This document shows positions 27,130 through 40,230 of a DNA stretch of 64,000 bases, in pieces (within the stretch, counting starts at the first letter, position 1; each line of letters begins with the position of its first letter). Position numbers and translations under genes: made by a program. Location: the NCBI GenBank assembly GCA_964016885.1, contig OZ024744.1, forward strand, positions 68,882,001 to 68,946,000, read 5' to 3'. The notes beneath the pieces were generated by a model. The model was not told where the DNA came from. It saw nothing but the letters and a program-made list of their open reading frames with translations, and did no database searches. The DNA is from Eledone cirrhosa (Eukaryota).

Positions 27130-30100
27130 TTCTGAAAGTGAAAGGAATGTCTTTACCGGATGGAATGAGGGGTATCCTTGGTATGAAGACAGTACCCCCC
27201 CCCCCCCTTACCACATCCTGTAAGTATTGTTGCCTCAATAACATGAGGCATCGCCTTTTGGACGACCAGACGCGTGCCGTTGGAAAGCCTTCGAGGTTCT
27301 AAATTCCTGAGGAGCATGGCAGGGGCACCTTTCTTAAGTCGCAGTAAGTGTGGTGGCAATCCAGGAGGGTCTAGGGAGTTAAGAAATTCTGTGGGGTAAT
27401 TAACAACTTCGTCCGGATCAGCCATAGAGTCAAGGGACTTGTAGATGTGCAGGTTTCCTGGCAAGCACAACGTGAGCTGTTTATTGATGTTTCCAACTAT
27501 GTGGTTTTTCGAAGCCAATACTGCGCGTTCACACAACCACTCTTGATTTGTGTAGTTCTCAAGATTAGGAAAAACAGACGTCCGTAACTCAGCAATTGAC
27601 TTAACGCATCTGCAAATCCCTGTGAGGTCCGCTGCACCATCTCCGTCGAGTGAGACTTTGCCATCTCTAACGACAAAATGGCAGCAGCAAAACATGCTGA
27701 CGTCTCATCACTTTGCAGTTGTGCTCTCATGTTTGTTGTAAGCGTCAGCTTTCTTACATAACGCAAAGTGAGGAGACTTTAAGTCATGCACCAACCTCAT
27801 CAGCCCGCGTACCTTTTGGGGTTACAGGCAGAGTCTGTCGGAAGTCCCCAGATAACAGGAAAGTGACACCTCCCATTGGTTCTTGACAGTCCCTGATGTC
27901 TCTGAGTGACCGGTCTAATGCCTCGAAAGCCACCTTGTGGTCCATTGTGCATTCGTCCCAAACAATTAGTAGGCAGCGCTTTAACACCAGTGCTTTTCCG
28001 AAGACTTGCTGATGTTGCACGTGGGTGTCTCAGATGATGCCACGTTGAGAGGAAGACTGAAAGCAGAATGGGCAGTCCTGCCACCAGGCAGCAAAGTTGC
28101 TGCAATGCCGGAAGAAGCCGCGGCCAATGCGATGTTTCCGTGTTGCCTCACTGCAACAGTTTGATTACAAATGTTTTGCCCGTGCCTTCAGGTGCGTCCA
28201 GGACGATTATATCCCCTACCCGATTAAGGATGGAATCAACGAAAATGTTGTAGGCTTGTTTTTGATCCATTAGAAGTTTTGGTTCATTTTCTTCAACATA
28301 TATTTTTAGTTCGTCGACATCATATGACGTTTCACGTATAATGTCGTTGGAAATGTCAGAAGGCGCATATCGAAGTGTTAGCGGAAGTACATATTTCTCC
28401 AAGAGATCTCCGCGTAGCAATTTTGTCCGGTTCCATGTATAGTAAGACGGTATTTCAGAATACAACAGAGTTCGAGCGAAGTCATCATGTTGACAAAGTT
28501 TGAAAAAAGCGGTGAGTGTAGTTTCCTTTGGTGAGATCGCCAGCTGAGCAGCTGTTGTATCGTTGAAATACACCCGTTGACCGTTTTCAAGGTGAACGGC
28601 AAGTTGTTTAATGACGGGGTGTCGTTGGTGCAGTGGGAAGCCAAAAATGCGACAAAAGGCTTCATTGCTGTTAATGTATCGGCGTGCTTGGTAGTCAGAT
28701 ACATTGTCTCTACTATTTTCATGACGAAGACCAAAGACGGCAGCATCCGACCCCTTGTTTACGTACTTACAAACGTAATAAATTAATTTTACTGAGTTGC
28801 AAAATTCGACGTTATATGGGCGTTGAACGTTTTCAAAAGGGGGGGGGCAATATGGCACTATCCAGCTGTTGTCGATTTCGCGTTCACCAACTTTTGCTGT
28901 GAACCCACCGTCTTCAGGTCTCCTGCGCCTATACAACGGATATCCGTCACCGCCAATCTGTGTTTCCTGCAAAAACTGCCTGGGATATCGTTTTTACACT
29001 TTCCGTTGTGTATGCACGGGGACTTCATATTGAGTTCATGTACGCAAGGACCATGGACCATGTTTGATGTGACTATACAGAAGAGGTCCTTTTCAATCGA
29101 CGGATCAAGTAGTTCGGCTGAAATGAGTTTGTCGATGTAGTTTGAACTGATTTTTGTAACCAACCAAATCAAGATATGGGCATGCGGCAGCCCTCGTTTC
29201 TGCCATTCAACCGTGTACATGTCACACCTGACAGGCCCCAAAACCTGTCCTTTCTTTAATAAATCCATTAATTTGGATAATTTCAGGCGAAACAATCTTG
29301 CTATGAGATCGTGCCTGTGTCTTGTCGCTTGACCGTGGAACAGTTCGTTTGTAATCTCCTTCCACTTGGGATTGCAGGTAAACGTTATGAAAAGGTCGGG
29401 GCGCCCATAATGTCGTACGTAAGTCATGGCGTCCTGAGTTCTCTCGTGCATGTATCGGGTCCCCCTCTGAACGTTGAAGGCAAAATACACACTTGCCCTA
29501 AATTGTCTGGGGATACGTCGTTGTTAATTCCACCGCATAGATGAATGTAACATTCAGATCGAAGATTCTTTTGATTTAATTTAATGAACCATAATCTCTC
29601 GGACTCCATTTTAACGGCCATATCAACAGTAAATTGTTGGAAAAGGTCCCGAGAACGGTGTAGATGGTTGAATGAATTGTCCCTTACCATAAATCGGAAA
29701 GCGTAGAAATCCATGCAGGTGACAGTTTTGCTAAGATGTGCCTCACCATTGCCTACTGAATGTTGAGGAATGCCGAAATGGTATCCGTCCGCGCCGTTGA
29801 CAAATAGCAATGAATACTGGAGTGCATCGTAGGATCTGTGTGTCTCATTGACACGCTGTAATGTGCTGTCTCGGTGCTGTTCACCACAAAAAAACGCAGC
29901 AATCTCGTTACATATTGGTGCGTTGAACCGACCAGCGTATTCTCCAGATGGCCTTCGGTCAGCATGTATGACCACACTAAAGTTTGGGTGGGTGGCTGTT
30001 TCCAAAGCGCACTTGAAACTGCGAACATAGTTGTTTTTGTCATGAAGCATTTCTTGAAGTTTTATTATGGTTTCAATGTTAATTTCGGATGAAATAGAGT

Positions 30101-31053
30101 TTCGCATCTCTGCCTGCTCCTGATAGTTTCCAACGAAGTATAACTGAAGAAATTGAAGATCCTTTTCTACCAGAGACTGATTAGACCCAATCAAGTGGTA
30201 GATCTGACCATGGACCTTGAAAGTTAGCATGAACCCACGTTCCGAGGCAAGCTTTGCTCCGAAGGATGTTATATGAAACGCAGAATTGTTACGGCGTATA
30301 TTACGCAGAAACTTCGATGATTCCTCCGTCGTGTCTGTCAAAATGAGTTGCAATGTCTCTGGAGAGTCGCGAATAGGAGGTAGTCTAAATTTACTGTTGA
30401 ACAGCACATTCCATCTCTCTCCCCTGGCCATTTTTCGTAGGACAAAACTGCCAAGTAGAGGTCATTTCCCCAATTTTAATACATGCATGGACGGCGTAGT
30501 CTGAAGAGAGGTCGTAGTTAAAGGCCTTCAGCAACCATCGTGAATTGCAAGTCCTAGAAATGCCACGTAACGATGATCGCCGCTGTTCACTTTGCAGAAA
30601 TCGGCCACGTCGTTGCTCTATGGTTTCAGTATTTCGTGCAGCAGCAGTGGCAGTGGCAGTGGCGTCCCTGCTTCTTCGAACGGCGCGTCGTCCTTCATCC
30701 TCTGGAGCGCGAGTTGCGGATGTTGCAGCGGCATCCCTACTTCGTCGAACGGCACGTGATCCTTCATCCTTTCGCGCGTGAGCAGTGGATGTGGCAGCGG
30801 CGTCCTTGCTTCGTCGAACGGCACGTCGTCCTTCATCCTCTCGAACGCGAGCAGCAGCAGTCGCGGCAGCATCTTTGTTCCGTCGAAGTTCACGCCGACT
30901 GTCATCCTCCTCCGCTCTTGCAGCTGTCGTCTGCACAGCATTATGTGAGAGCCTGATCGCAGTCGCATTTACATCTTCGGCGAGACGCCTTCGCTTAGAC
31001 CTACTTGCATCATTAGATAATCGACCAATGAAAGTTCTTTTCTTGGGGAGCAT
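27130..31053 (-). pseudogene. Helitron RepHel pseudo-ORF (multiple frameshifts, helicase C-terminus deleted)
   Basis: Consecutive minus-strand ORFs at 30391-31116, 29424-30431, 28858-29490, 28148-28972, 27784-28020 and 27153-27695. The reading stops after FIPRIPLIP...PFTFRR, just before the 3' hairpin. Confidence 0.9.
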
Positions 31054-31966
31054 TGTTTTTAGAAAATTAATCAGGGAGAACGATAAATAGTGGACAAATA
31101 AAGTTAAAGTAAGCAAATCTAAACACGGATATAAATTGTGAAAAAATATGATAAATCTATGTGGTCTGAGAAAGTGGGTATGTTTTTGAAAGATTTTGTG
31201 TACCAGTCAAACTTCAGGTTTTAAGTTAGGGGCAACGCAGCGTACGGACTACCGGTGATAAAGGAAATTAAATATTGTGGTTACAGTGGTAGGTATGTAA
31301 GTGTCAGTATGTTTGTTCAGTTCGAACATAGCATTAAGTAAGTACTAAACATTGAAAGGATAGAGGAAAAATGGCCGAAAAATCACAGGATGATAAACTG
31401 GAACCTTATGACCATAAACACATTAACTAAACCCCCTTTAAGGTGACAAATGTTGAAGAAGCATGCGTTTCAGAAACATGGGGTAGCTTATGAGAGTATG
31501 TATGTATAAAAACCTACCACTTGTAAAAAGCCAAAAAAGAAGTGTGAACCTAGGTCGGACTTTACTGATATAAATAGGAGTGATTTCGCACAATGAACAA
31601 CACTCGAGTTGTCTGATTGGTTAGATAATACAAATAAGTGTGATGAAATCTACTGAACACAACTCACTGATGTGTGGTTGGCCAGAGGTCGCCATTTCGC
31701 ATTTAATTGAAGTGCAATTAAACGGGTGAGACAACCGGGTGCAAAAACTAATAAATCATTCGCACAATTTAGGCATGAGTGTGAAATAGCACAATCCACA
31801 TACAGTAGGCGTTAAAATTTACACCTGGGTTAAATCGCGCTTTCTTGGTTAGGAGTGTGAAATGACGCCAAAGTTCAAGGGAAAAAATTTGACTCCCCAT
31901 TCCACACTTAATTGTTGTGCAATTACACATGGGGGACAACCGGGTGCAAAATTAAATTCAATCATC

Positions 31967-32224
31967 CTAAAGTTAACTAAATAAACTAAAGTTAAGTCAG
32001 GGGGATTTAAAAATTCGCTACTCCATTTCTAGGACATGAGTAACCCATGCGTCAACTCTCGTTTAAATTGGCTTTTATTTCCAGAAGTTGAAATGCATTT
32101 CAACTCCTGGAAATAAAAGTCAATTTAAACGAAAGTTGACGCATCGGTTATTCATGTCCTACAAATGGAGTAGCGAATTTTTAAACCCCCCTGACTTAAC
32201 TTTAGTTTATTTAGTTAACTTTAG
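31967..32224. repeat. Loopless palindrome, 129 bp arms
   Basis: Centred on aaatg|cattt (32095/32096). The arms are complementary with scattered mismatches. Confidence 0.92.
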
Positions 32225-34280
32225 TTTATTTAGTTAAAATTCAAGTGATAACGAATGTGTGGTGCTTTATCTTATGGCAGGCAATAACCATTTCGTTTAG
32301 TTTTTGTAAGGATCAAGTATAAACTCCTGAGGTTATGGTGCTTTTTTATTGTGGCAGTTTGAACTTTTAAAGGTTAAGGAATTGGGCTCATTGTCCCCGA
32401 GGGGGTCCTCTTGCTGAATTGAAATGAAAGTAAATGTGCCTCGCTGTATTTTCATCTGTAGTACATGAATAACAACTAAGTCGAAATTCGTTTTATTGGA
32501 CTACCAATTATCGAAGCTATGACGCTTTGCTGCATTACAATAGCCAAATTCAATAAATGACTCGCCGGGGGGCTTGCTGTCCCCTGGAGGTCCCCTTGCT
32601 TGTTCCTGGTATAGACAGTGTCTTCAACATAATCTTTAAGCAATGGGTAACGAATGTGTCCGGTAAAGTTAAAATCGAACGTAAACTTCAAAAGTTATCA
32701 GGTACTAATACAGTGTTAATGTGAACATCAATAGATAAGTCGAAGGGGCTTACTACCCGACCCCGGGGTCCCCTTGATAAGTTCAAGTAAAAGTTCATGT
32801 GTTCACCTTCCTTTATAAGCCATGGGTAACCAATACATCTCGCTTCGTGAAAACCAAACACCAACTCAAGCAGTTTTGTTGCATTGATGATATCAACTTC
32901 AACATTCACCAAGTCGGTTTACTGCACCCCAAGGGGTCCCCTGCCTGAATTTCTGAATTTATTTGTAGGCCATAAGCAAACAAAAGATTAATTTTGGTGA
33001 AGATGGGAGGCAAACTGCAGGAATTATGGGGCCTTTATGCAGTAGTACTGCTGACTCCAAGCGAGAGGTTTAGGGGGGTTATCTGCCCCTGGGGGTGCCC
33101 CACAAGACATACAGACAGACATCTTCTGTTTTATATATATAGATAAATAAATATAACACACATATAATATATATATTATAGATAAATATAATACACATAT
33201 CTGTTAGACACGAAGTGACTAACAACAGAATGTTTTAGTCACTTTAGTGTTCTAACATATATGTGTAGATCGTCAATTTTTCTTTCAAGGTCTGGCCGTG
33301 GCCATGGTGATTACATGCCATTGGCTAATTTTCAACCAATCAGAGTAAGTGTTGCTCAAAAGCATCCGCCATTTTTTTTTGTTTGTTTTCATAGTTCATT
33401 TATTTTTGTTATTTCGTCGTTATATGATTTTTTTTAATTTATATTAACTATTTTTAAAACAAATGTAATATATTGAGGTTAGGGTTAGGGTTAGGCGGTC
33501 AATAGATAAGATGAAAGTCTATCGTAAAAGTTTGTACAAATATTTTAAAATTTATCGTTTGTACAAAACGATTCTAAATTTTTGTTTGTAAAAAAATGTT
33601 TAAACGCTTCAAAATAGCGTGTATTCATGTTCTGTAATGTCCCATTTTTGTGCACCCTTTTGCCAAATAAAGAAATATATCTTTGTATCTTGTTCCTCTT
33701 TATATATTGCAATCGAGTATAGGCAGAGTTCCGATTGTAATACAAACTGCACTTTGTTTGTAAATATTTGTAAAAATAATTTTTCTAAAAACATTGTAAA
33801 AATTTGTGTCACACGCGTTTAAAATCTTTTATATATATATATATATATATATAAAACTAAGGTTGTCTGTCTGTCTCTCTACTAAAACGGTCGCCACACA
33901 TCTAAACTTATAGATTAAGCTCCAGCGGAGAGATCGGTAAAAAAAATTTCAAATCGAATGTGTAATATTGATGTTTCAGTTAAAATGTATAAATACAGTT
34001 GAGAGAAGAGTTATTTCCCTTTAATGCAACGTGAGCAGACGATAAATTATTGAAAAGGCGCAAATTTTCACTATTACACATTTGTATTATTGTCAGTATT
34101 AACTTTGCCTTTCATCCTTACGGGGTCGATAAAATAAAGTACCAGTAATACACTGTCACTATAAGTAGATGCCCATTCACAAACAGTATTGAAAATATGT
34201 TCTTCGACAAATAAAAATGTTTTGTTGATACTATTTCGACGAGCGCTCGTTGTTCTACTCCACGCACGACCACCACAAAT

Positions 34281-34468
34281 TGGTGACCAGCTCAACACAA
34301 GTATTGGTAGAGCGTCAGACACCATGCTTTGCAGCATTGTTATGGCCCTTTGCGTTCTATGTTCAAATCCCGTCGAGGTTAACTTTGCCTTTCATCCTTA
34401 CCAGTTCGATAAAATAAAGTACCAGTAATGGACTGCGGTAATGGCTTTGTGCCGTAAAATAGAAACAC
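34281..34468 (+). mobile_element. SINE (family of 36234-36424); a partial second copy lies at 34099-34155
   Basis: gttcaaatcccgtcgaggttaactttgcctttcatcctta...gataaaataaagtaccagtaat. Confidence 0.85.
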
Positions 34469-35025
34469 TATTAATGTGCAATAAGAGCAAAATCTCACGA
34501 CATAGCTCAATTATTTTATCTAATGTTGCAACAATACAGGGAAATGTAGTTTGTGTATTTTTTTTTATATTTGCTCATAGGCTTTTCCAATTTCGCTCAG
34601 CCAACAACTATTAAAAAGAGAGTTGCTTAAGATAACAATTTAATCACAAATTGTTCTTATCTTTTAATACACTCCAAAAAGTCATCAAATTGTGTGCAAT
34701 AAGAACAAATCTCATTAATTTGCTCAGGAAATAAAGAAAATTTATATAGACTGATAATTGCAAATGTATGTAAATATTTTATTTTTATATTGTTTATTTA
34801 TTTTATGTTTTCTATTATGTATAATATATTGATTTAATATTGATTGTTTTTTGTTGTTATTTATATTAAAAGTCTGAAAATATTTTTATACATTTTACAC
34901 TAATATTTATAAGATCATTTATAATAACAATTATATAATCTAATTACATTACAACGATAATTTATTATTAATATATATCATGTTTAACTAGAGTTATTAC
35001 AAGCATTGCCTTAAAAAAATATTAA

Positions 35026-35389
35026 ACTAGACATGAAAAATGCGCAAGCTCAAAAGAGCCACAGAATGTTATAATAAACCTCCAAAAGTGTGGGACTAGA
35101 GTTGTTACTCAAAAATATTGTAAACATTATCTATCGTACACGCTGTGGCATCTTTTATAAAAATATCACAATAAATACATCTATGTTTAATGTAATAACA
35201 GCTATAAATAATTACGTAATATTATTAAAGATAGATGTATTTATTGTGATATTTTTATAAAGGATGCCACAGATTGTACGATAGATAATGATTACAATAT
35301 TTTTGAGTAACAACTCTAGTACCACACTTTTGAAGGTTTATTATAACATTCTGTGGCCCTTTTGAGCTTGCGCATTTTTTATGTCTAGT
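35026..35389. repeat. Foldback/MITE-like inverted repeat, ~158 bp arms, ~46 bp spacer, ACTAG...CTAGT ends
   Basis: 35026-35184 is the near reverse complement of 35231-35389. Confidence 0.9.
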
Positions 35390-35569
35390 AATATATATAT
35401 ATATTATAAATATAATATATATATTATAAATAAATATAATAAATATATAATATATATATGTTATAAATGTAATATACATATATATATATAATAAACAAAT
35501 ATAATACATATTTAACATATATATTATAAATATAATATACATATAATATATATATTATAAATAAATATA

Positions 35570-35655
35570 ATTGTTTCTACTTTTGGCACAAGGCCAGCAA
35601 TTATCCCAGTGCATTACTGGTACTTTATTTTATCGACCCCGTAAGGATGAAAGGC
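35570..35655 (-). mobile_element. SINE 3' fragment (family of 36234-36424)
   Basis: Reverse complement of the SINE body and tail. Confidence 0.85.
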
Positions 35656-35714
35656 AACAGAGAGAGAGAAGAATGCCTTTATATAGAAAAGCAATAAGAA
35701 AAATGTATGACATT

Positions 35715-36986
35715 TTATTTGCGCTCTTTGCTACAATGCGTTGCTTCAGTTCCTCTATAATAATATTTAGCTTTTTCCTCCTATTTTTGTACTTTATTTC
35801 CAGTCTATTTTTAGTGTCTATGTTTTGTAGTGTCCCATTCAGTAGGGACTCAAGCTTTCCAATGTCATTTCTCATTTCCCTGATTTGACCATTCAGTCGT
35901 TTCTTCCACCAAGGTTCTGATCTTTCTTGTTTGTTGTTTCCTCTCGCTTTTATGCCAAGTAATTTCTTCCAAGTAATCTTGCTGTTGCTTTGAGGATATT
36001 GTTGCACTGGTGAAGTCTCCTCGCCTCAAGGTATGGGCTGACTTTGTTTACCTTAGCTGTTGTTTCTTTTAATTTTTTCCTGTCTACAACTCTTAGGTTC
36101 ATAGGTTTCCCACTATCATTGTTCATTTCATCTACCACTAAGTTTAGGATATCAACTAAATCTTGTCCTAGCCCGTCAGCCTTCATCTCCTCAATGGCCG
36201 TATCTTTATTCCAGGTATTATTTATTTCAGCATAGGGCGGTGAATTGGCAGTATCGGTAGAGGGTCGGACGCCATGCTTTGACGCATAGAGTTACGCCCC
36301 TTTATGATCTGAGTTCAAATCCCGCCGAGGTTAACTTTGCCTTTCATCCTTACGGGGTCGATAAAATAAAGTACCAGTAATACACTGGATAATTGCTGGC
36401 CTTGTGCCAAAAGTAGAAACAATCATTTATTTCAGCATTCAGATCATTGTCTGTTTCGGATGGTTCCTCCGTTCTCTCAACCTCTTCACCTTCATTTCCC
36501 ACTGGCTCGTTTGACTGGCATACTCCACTCTCCATTTCTAACCTAATCTCTCTGCTCAGTTCCTCCAGTTCCAGCTCGCTTATCCACCCATTAGTTCTTA
36601 TTACCCGAGCCTGCCGGGCCAATTTTCGTTCATCTAATTTAAATAGACCAATCTCGTTCCAGATGTTATGCATCCGTTTCCTATAGCCTTTTTCCTTGGG
36701 GTTACTCTTCAGGTAACATTGCATAACAGTTCTATTCAATTCTTTCGTCCAGTTGGTTCTGGTCCCTTTCCTTCTTCTTCTTCCTCCGACACCAGCAGTA
36801 TTTGGATGACAGCCAGGCCCCTGCTGCTGAGCCAGGGAGCACCTGCTGGGTGAGCGTCTGTCACATGACATTCCAGTCTCCATTTCACCGTTATTCGAAC
36901 TGTTTAGGTTCGACATTGAAACAATCTTATCGAGGATTGGTGAATGTATGGTTACATAACCACCGGTGATTTCATCAACCTCGGTG
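35715..36986 (-). mobile_element. R4/Dong-clade LINE, 5' portion (N-terminal domain), interrupted by a SINE
   Basis: WTKELNRTVMQCY...GYRKRMHNIW...QARVIRTNGWISELELEE and EPWWKKRL...[12 protein letters not shown], the same family as 40307-42990. The 5' end abuts (TAA)n at 36987-37012. Confidence 0.85.
36234..36424 (+). mobile_element. Complete tRNA-derived SINE with 14 bp TSD
   Basis: TSD atttatttcagcat at 36220-36233 and 36425-36438. Degenerate A box, B box gagttcaaatcc, and a Meta/Nin-like central domain (gcctttcatcctt.cggggtcgataaa). Confidence 0.9.
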
Positions 36987-37012
36987 ATTATTATTATTAT
37001 TATTATTATTAT

Positions 37013-39963
37013 TGGTTGGTGAAGCCACGCTTCTTATCGCCTCCAGTTTTTTTTTTCAACGTTTTACCTCGTTTGCAACCGTTCTAAACCTTTTATTCAA
37101 GTTTTAAATTTGATAAAAGTTTAGAAGAAGTGACCCACCTCATACAGGGGTTCACTAGTAAATAATACGGCACCCATTTACGGGGTGTCGTATTCGTATT
37201 TGTGTAAAAATATTTTTTTGAAAAATTTCAACATGGATAACACAAGAAAGAGAGAGAGCGCTGTCAGACAACACAGAAAGAGGGCGACTTTATCAGCATG
37301 TCAACAAGACAGCGTTCCAGCGGAGGTAAATATAAACGAAAATATTACAAAGGAAAAAAGATTGTTACAGATTTAAAATTACCAAATATTTCTAACACAA
37401 ACAACAATAACACCAACAACAACACCAACAACAACACCATCAATTACAACAGCAACAACAAAAATAACAGCGGTAAAGTCGAGAACGACAATAACAAAAA
37501 TAACAGCGGTAAGGTCGAAAACGACAATAACAATGACAATAACAACAGCCACAACAACAATAATAGTAGGAACAGTATCAACAAAAACAACAATAATAAC
37601 AACAGCCACAATAACAGTAACAACAGCAACAGTATCAACGAAAACAACAACAACACCAACAACTGTACCAGCGAAAACAACAACAATGACACCGATACCT
37701 GTAATAGCGATCTCAGCACCACCAGTAAGACAAGTAGCGGCAGCAATAGTGGTGTTGCTGAAAAAGGGACCACTTCTTTTGCAGGTGTCGCCCGAAATAT
37801 CGAGACAGTGTTAGTCACAGAGGAGGAGATAGCAGTCGCAAGGGCCATGGTGACAAGAAGCGCAAATAGAGTTTCCATGAAACCTCCACCCGATTTTTTC
37901 AAGGACCAGCAGCTACTTACCGCACCGTAAGCAAAGTCTCACATCGAGTGGAGAGAGCCACGGAGGCTCAAATCCAAAAGGCCTTGGGGTGCGTCTGGGC
38001 ACGCAAAACCCACATCACCCGAGGCAGAAAGTACGCCACAGTAGACGTACTTTTCGCCACCCCCCAGGAAGCAAAGTCTCACTCTTTGGAAACCCTAAAG
38101 AGTGAGGAGATAGTCTTGGTGCCCTCCTACTGCGGGCAGAAAATTGTGAGGGTCAAAGTGACCCAGGTCCCACCCGACGTGCACATACCTTGGCTGGCCA
38201 CGTCTGTCCTTGCTGGAATCGAGAACAGGGCGACCATGCTGCAAGTAGAAAAAATAGGGAGAGAGAACTGCTAAGGTATAGGCATGCAAATGCTTATACA
38301 AACTGACCAGGAATGTATCGACGCTATCCCCGATATCATAGACGTTGAGGAAGGACTCCAACTCCCTATAAGTGTAGAAGGAAGACGGCCAAAATGTTAT
38401 CTCTGTGGGTCGAAGGGTCACCTCAGGGCCTTTTGCCCGCAGAAGACAGCGAAGAAGGCCCCTCTCCTTCCAATACCTGGTCCGCTGCTACCAAGAGCAG
38501 GGCAGGCAACAAACGAAGAAGCCCCTTCCACGGTGAGTAGGAGGGCAACGTCCGTAGCACCCGTACCAAGGCCACAGATAACTAAAGCAGCATCATCAGT
38601 AGCGGCAACAACAATAGCTACACTTGAAGTAGCTACACCAGCAACAAAATTGCCGAAGAGGACTCCACTACCACCACCAACAGCCGTGGAGCACATACCC
38701 CTCCTAGACGCCACAGAATTCGACATGGAGTTTGAGGCGGGAGTGAAGTGGCAAACGGTCTGCCACAAAAATCAAAAAACAAAAAAACCTTAGATTCACC
38801 CTCCAAAAGCGAAGGCATACAAAGAGGGGTAAAGGCAGCAAGGAAACTTGCAGCAACACCACCACCATCACCACCACAAACACCAACAACGCAAACACAA
38901 CAAGACACACACACCAAACAGCAACAAAATCACCCCTCCCCCAAAAAATTACACAGCCATAAACATGGCCAAAAAAGAACTCATAAAATATATAAAGCAG
39001 CACACAGACATCTCAGAAAAAAACTACTACACCCCACCAACACCAAGAACTCTCCCGACAAACATAAGGATCATCGAAATCTCAATAGAACAGTACAAAC
39101 CTTTAAAACAAAAATTCCCCAACGCAGTTGGAGACTTCAGAGGGACGGTTTCCAAGAGGAGGTCAGTGTATATCCTCTTGGAAACACCCATGACCAGCGA
39201 AAGGGACGGTTCTACTGTCCCTTCACCACACAAACAAGGTAAGTGACCCTTTCTCACTTGACCCGTTTCTCATCCAACATGGCTGTACTCAGAATAGGCA
39301 GTATAAATGCACGTGGCCTGGGGTCATCTTGGAAGCAGGGTCACGTGCTCAATGATCTCAGGTCACTAAACATAGATGTGGTGGCCATCAGTGAAACCAG
39401 ATTCTCCGAAGCACGGGCCTTCGCACCGATCTTGGCGGCTACGATGTATACGCATCTCCCAGCCGTCTAGGATCGGGGGGAGGGGTAGCCGTCCTTTTTC
39501 GGAGAGGCTTGGATCTCGCGATACGGGCCATCTTCCTGGACCCAGAAGGTAAGTCGGTGGTGCTGGACGTGACCGGCAGCGAAGGCAATGCTTTCAGGCT
39601 AGTAGCCGTCTACGCCCCAACAGGGGCAGGACGGCCAGATTTCTTGTAGAGACCTTTCTTGGAACGTCCCGCTCTTTAGTGTTAGTGGGCGACTGGAACG
39701 GTATCTTGGATGCACGCTGGGATCGTGTGGGGCTAGTGGATAGGGGAGGAGGGTGCAAGAGCCTCACCAACCTGCTCAGACGTTTTGAACTGTCTGACAG
39801 GTATCGACTGGATCACCCGAATGTGCCAATGTGGACATGGACAAACCGCATCGGGTCATCCAGATCGTATCTCGATAGGGTATTCTGCAGAGAACTAGAT
39901 AAGGTTAGTATAAGTTGTCCACAATTTAAAATAATCGTCTACACAGACAACAAATTTGCCTTT
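37013..39963 (+). mobile_element. L1/Tx1-clade LINE 5' portion (ORF1 + APE), 3' part missing
   Basis: ORF1 has a poly-Asn tract and the CCHC knuckle CYLCGSKGHLRAFC. ORF2 from 39279 has INARGL, ISETR, GDWNG and YLDR. It starts right after (TTA)n. Confidence 0.9.
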
Positions 39964-40189
39964 TGAAGCGTTCCATAAAGCGGGGCGGAGCCAATTTTCT
40001 TTAGCCATCCCTGGATACTCTTTTAGATAGTACCTAGTGCGCCTATGACAATCGGGACCACTTTGACTTCATGGCAGTTCCAAATCCTTTTTACCTCCCA
40101 GTTTAAGTCCTGGTATCGGTTAATTTTCTCCCTCTCCTTCTCTTGCCCTCTCGTGTCGAATGGGCAGGCCACATCCACAATCAGGCACG
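39961..40189 (-). mobile_element. R4/Dong 3' fragment (diverged copy of 40360-40587)
   Basis: Direct nucleotide similarity to the RLE-coding end of the adjacent element. Confidence 0.85.
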
Positions 40190-40230
40190 AATTATTATTA
40201 TTATTATTATTATTATTATTGTTATTGTTA

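Larger units (their letters stand above)
27086..33143 (-). mobile_element. Helitron, both termini present, degenerate Rep/Helicase
   Basis: The 5' end is TCTATATATATAAAA (33143). The 3' end has the hairpin tacccag-gcaacg-ctgggta and CTAG (27086-27089). It is inserted at A|T in a minisatellite. Rep motifs: PDLFITFTCNPKW, VEWQKRGLPHAHIL (HUH) and YVCKYVNKG. PIF1-type helicase motifs: DAPEGTGKT, IVWDECTM, GDFRQTLPV and LLRNL..NGTRL. Confidence 0.95.

Noticed and set aside
33477-33495. Telomeric (TTAGGG)n
   Set aside because: Only about three units, embedded in an AT-rich repeat. This is no evidence for a telomere or fusion site.
37444-37902. Leu-rich membrane protein ORF on the minus strand (also 15542-15988)
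   Set aside because: It is the antisense reading of the Asn-rich (AAC)n Tx1 ORF1.
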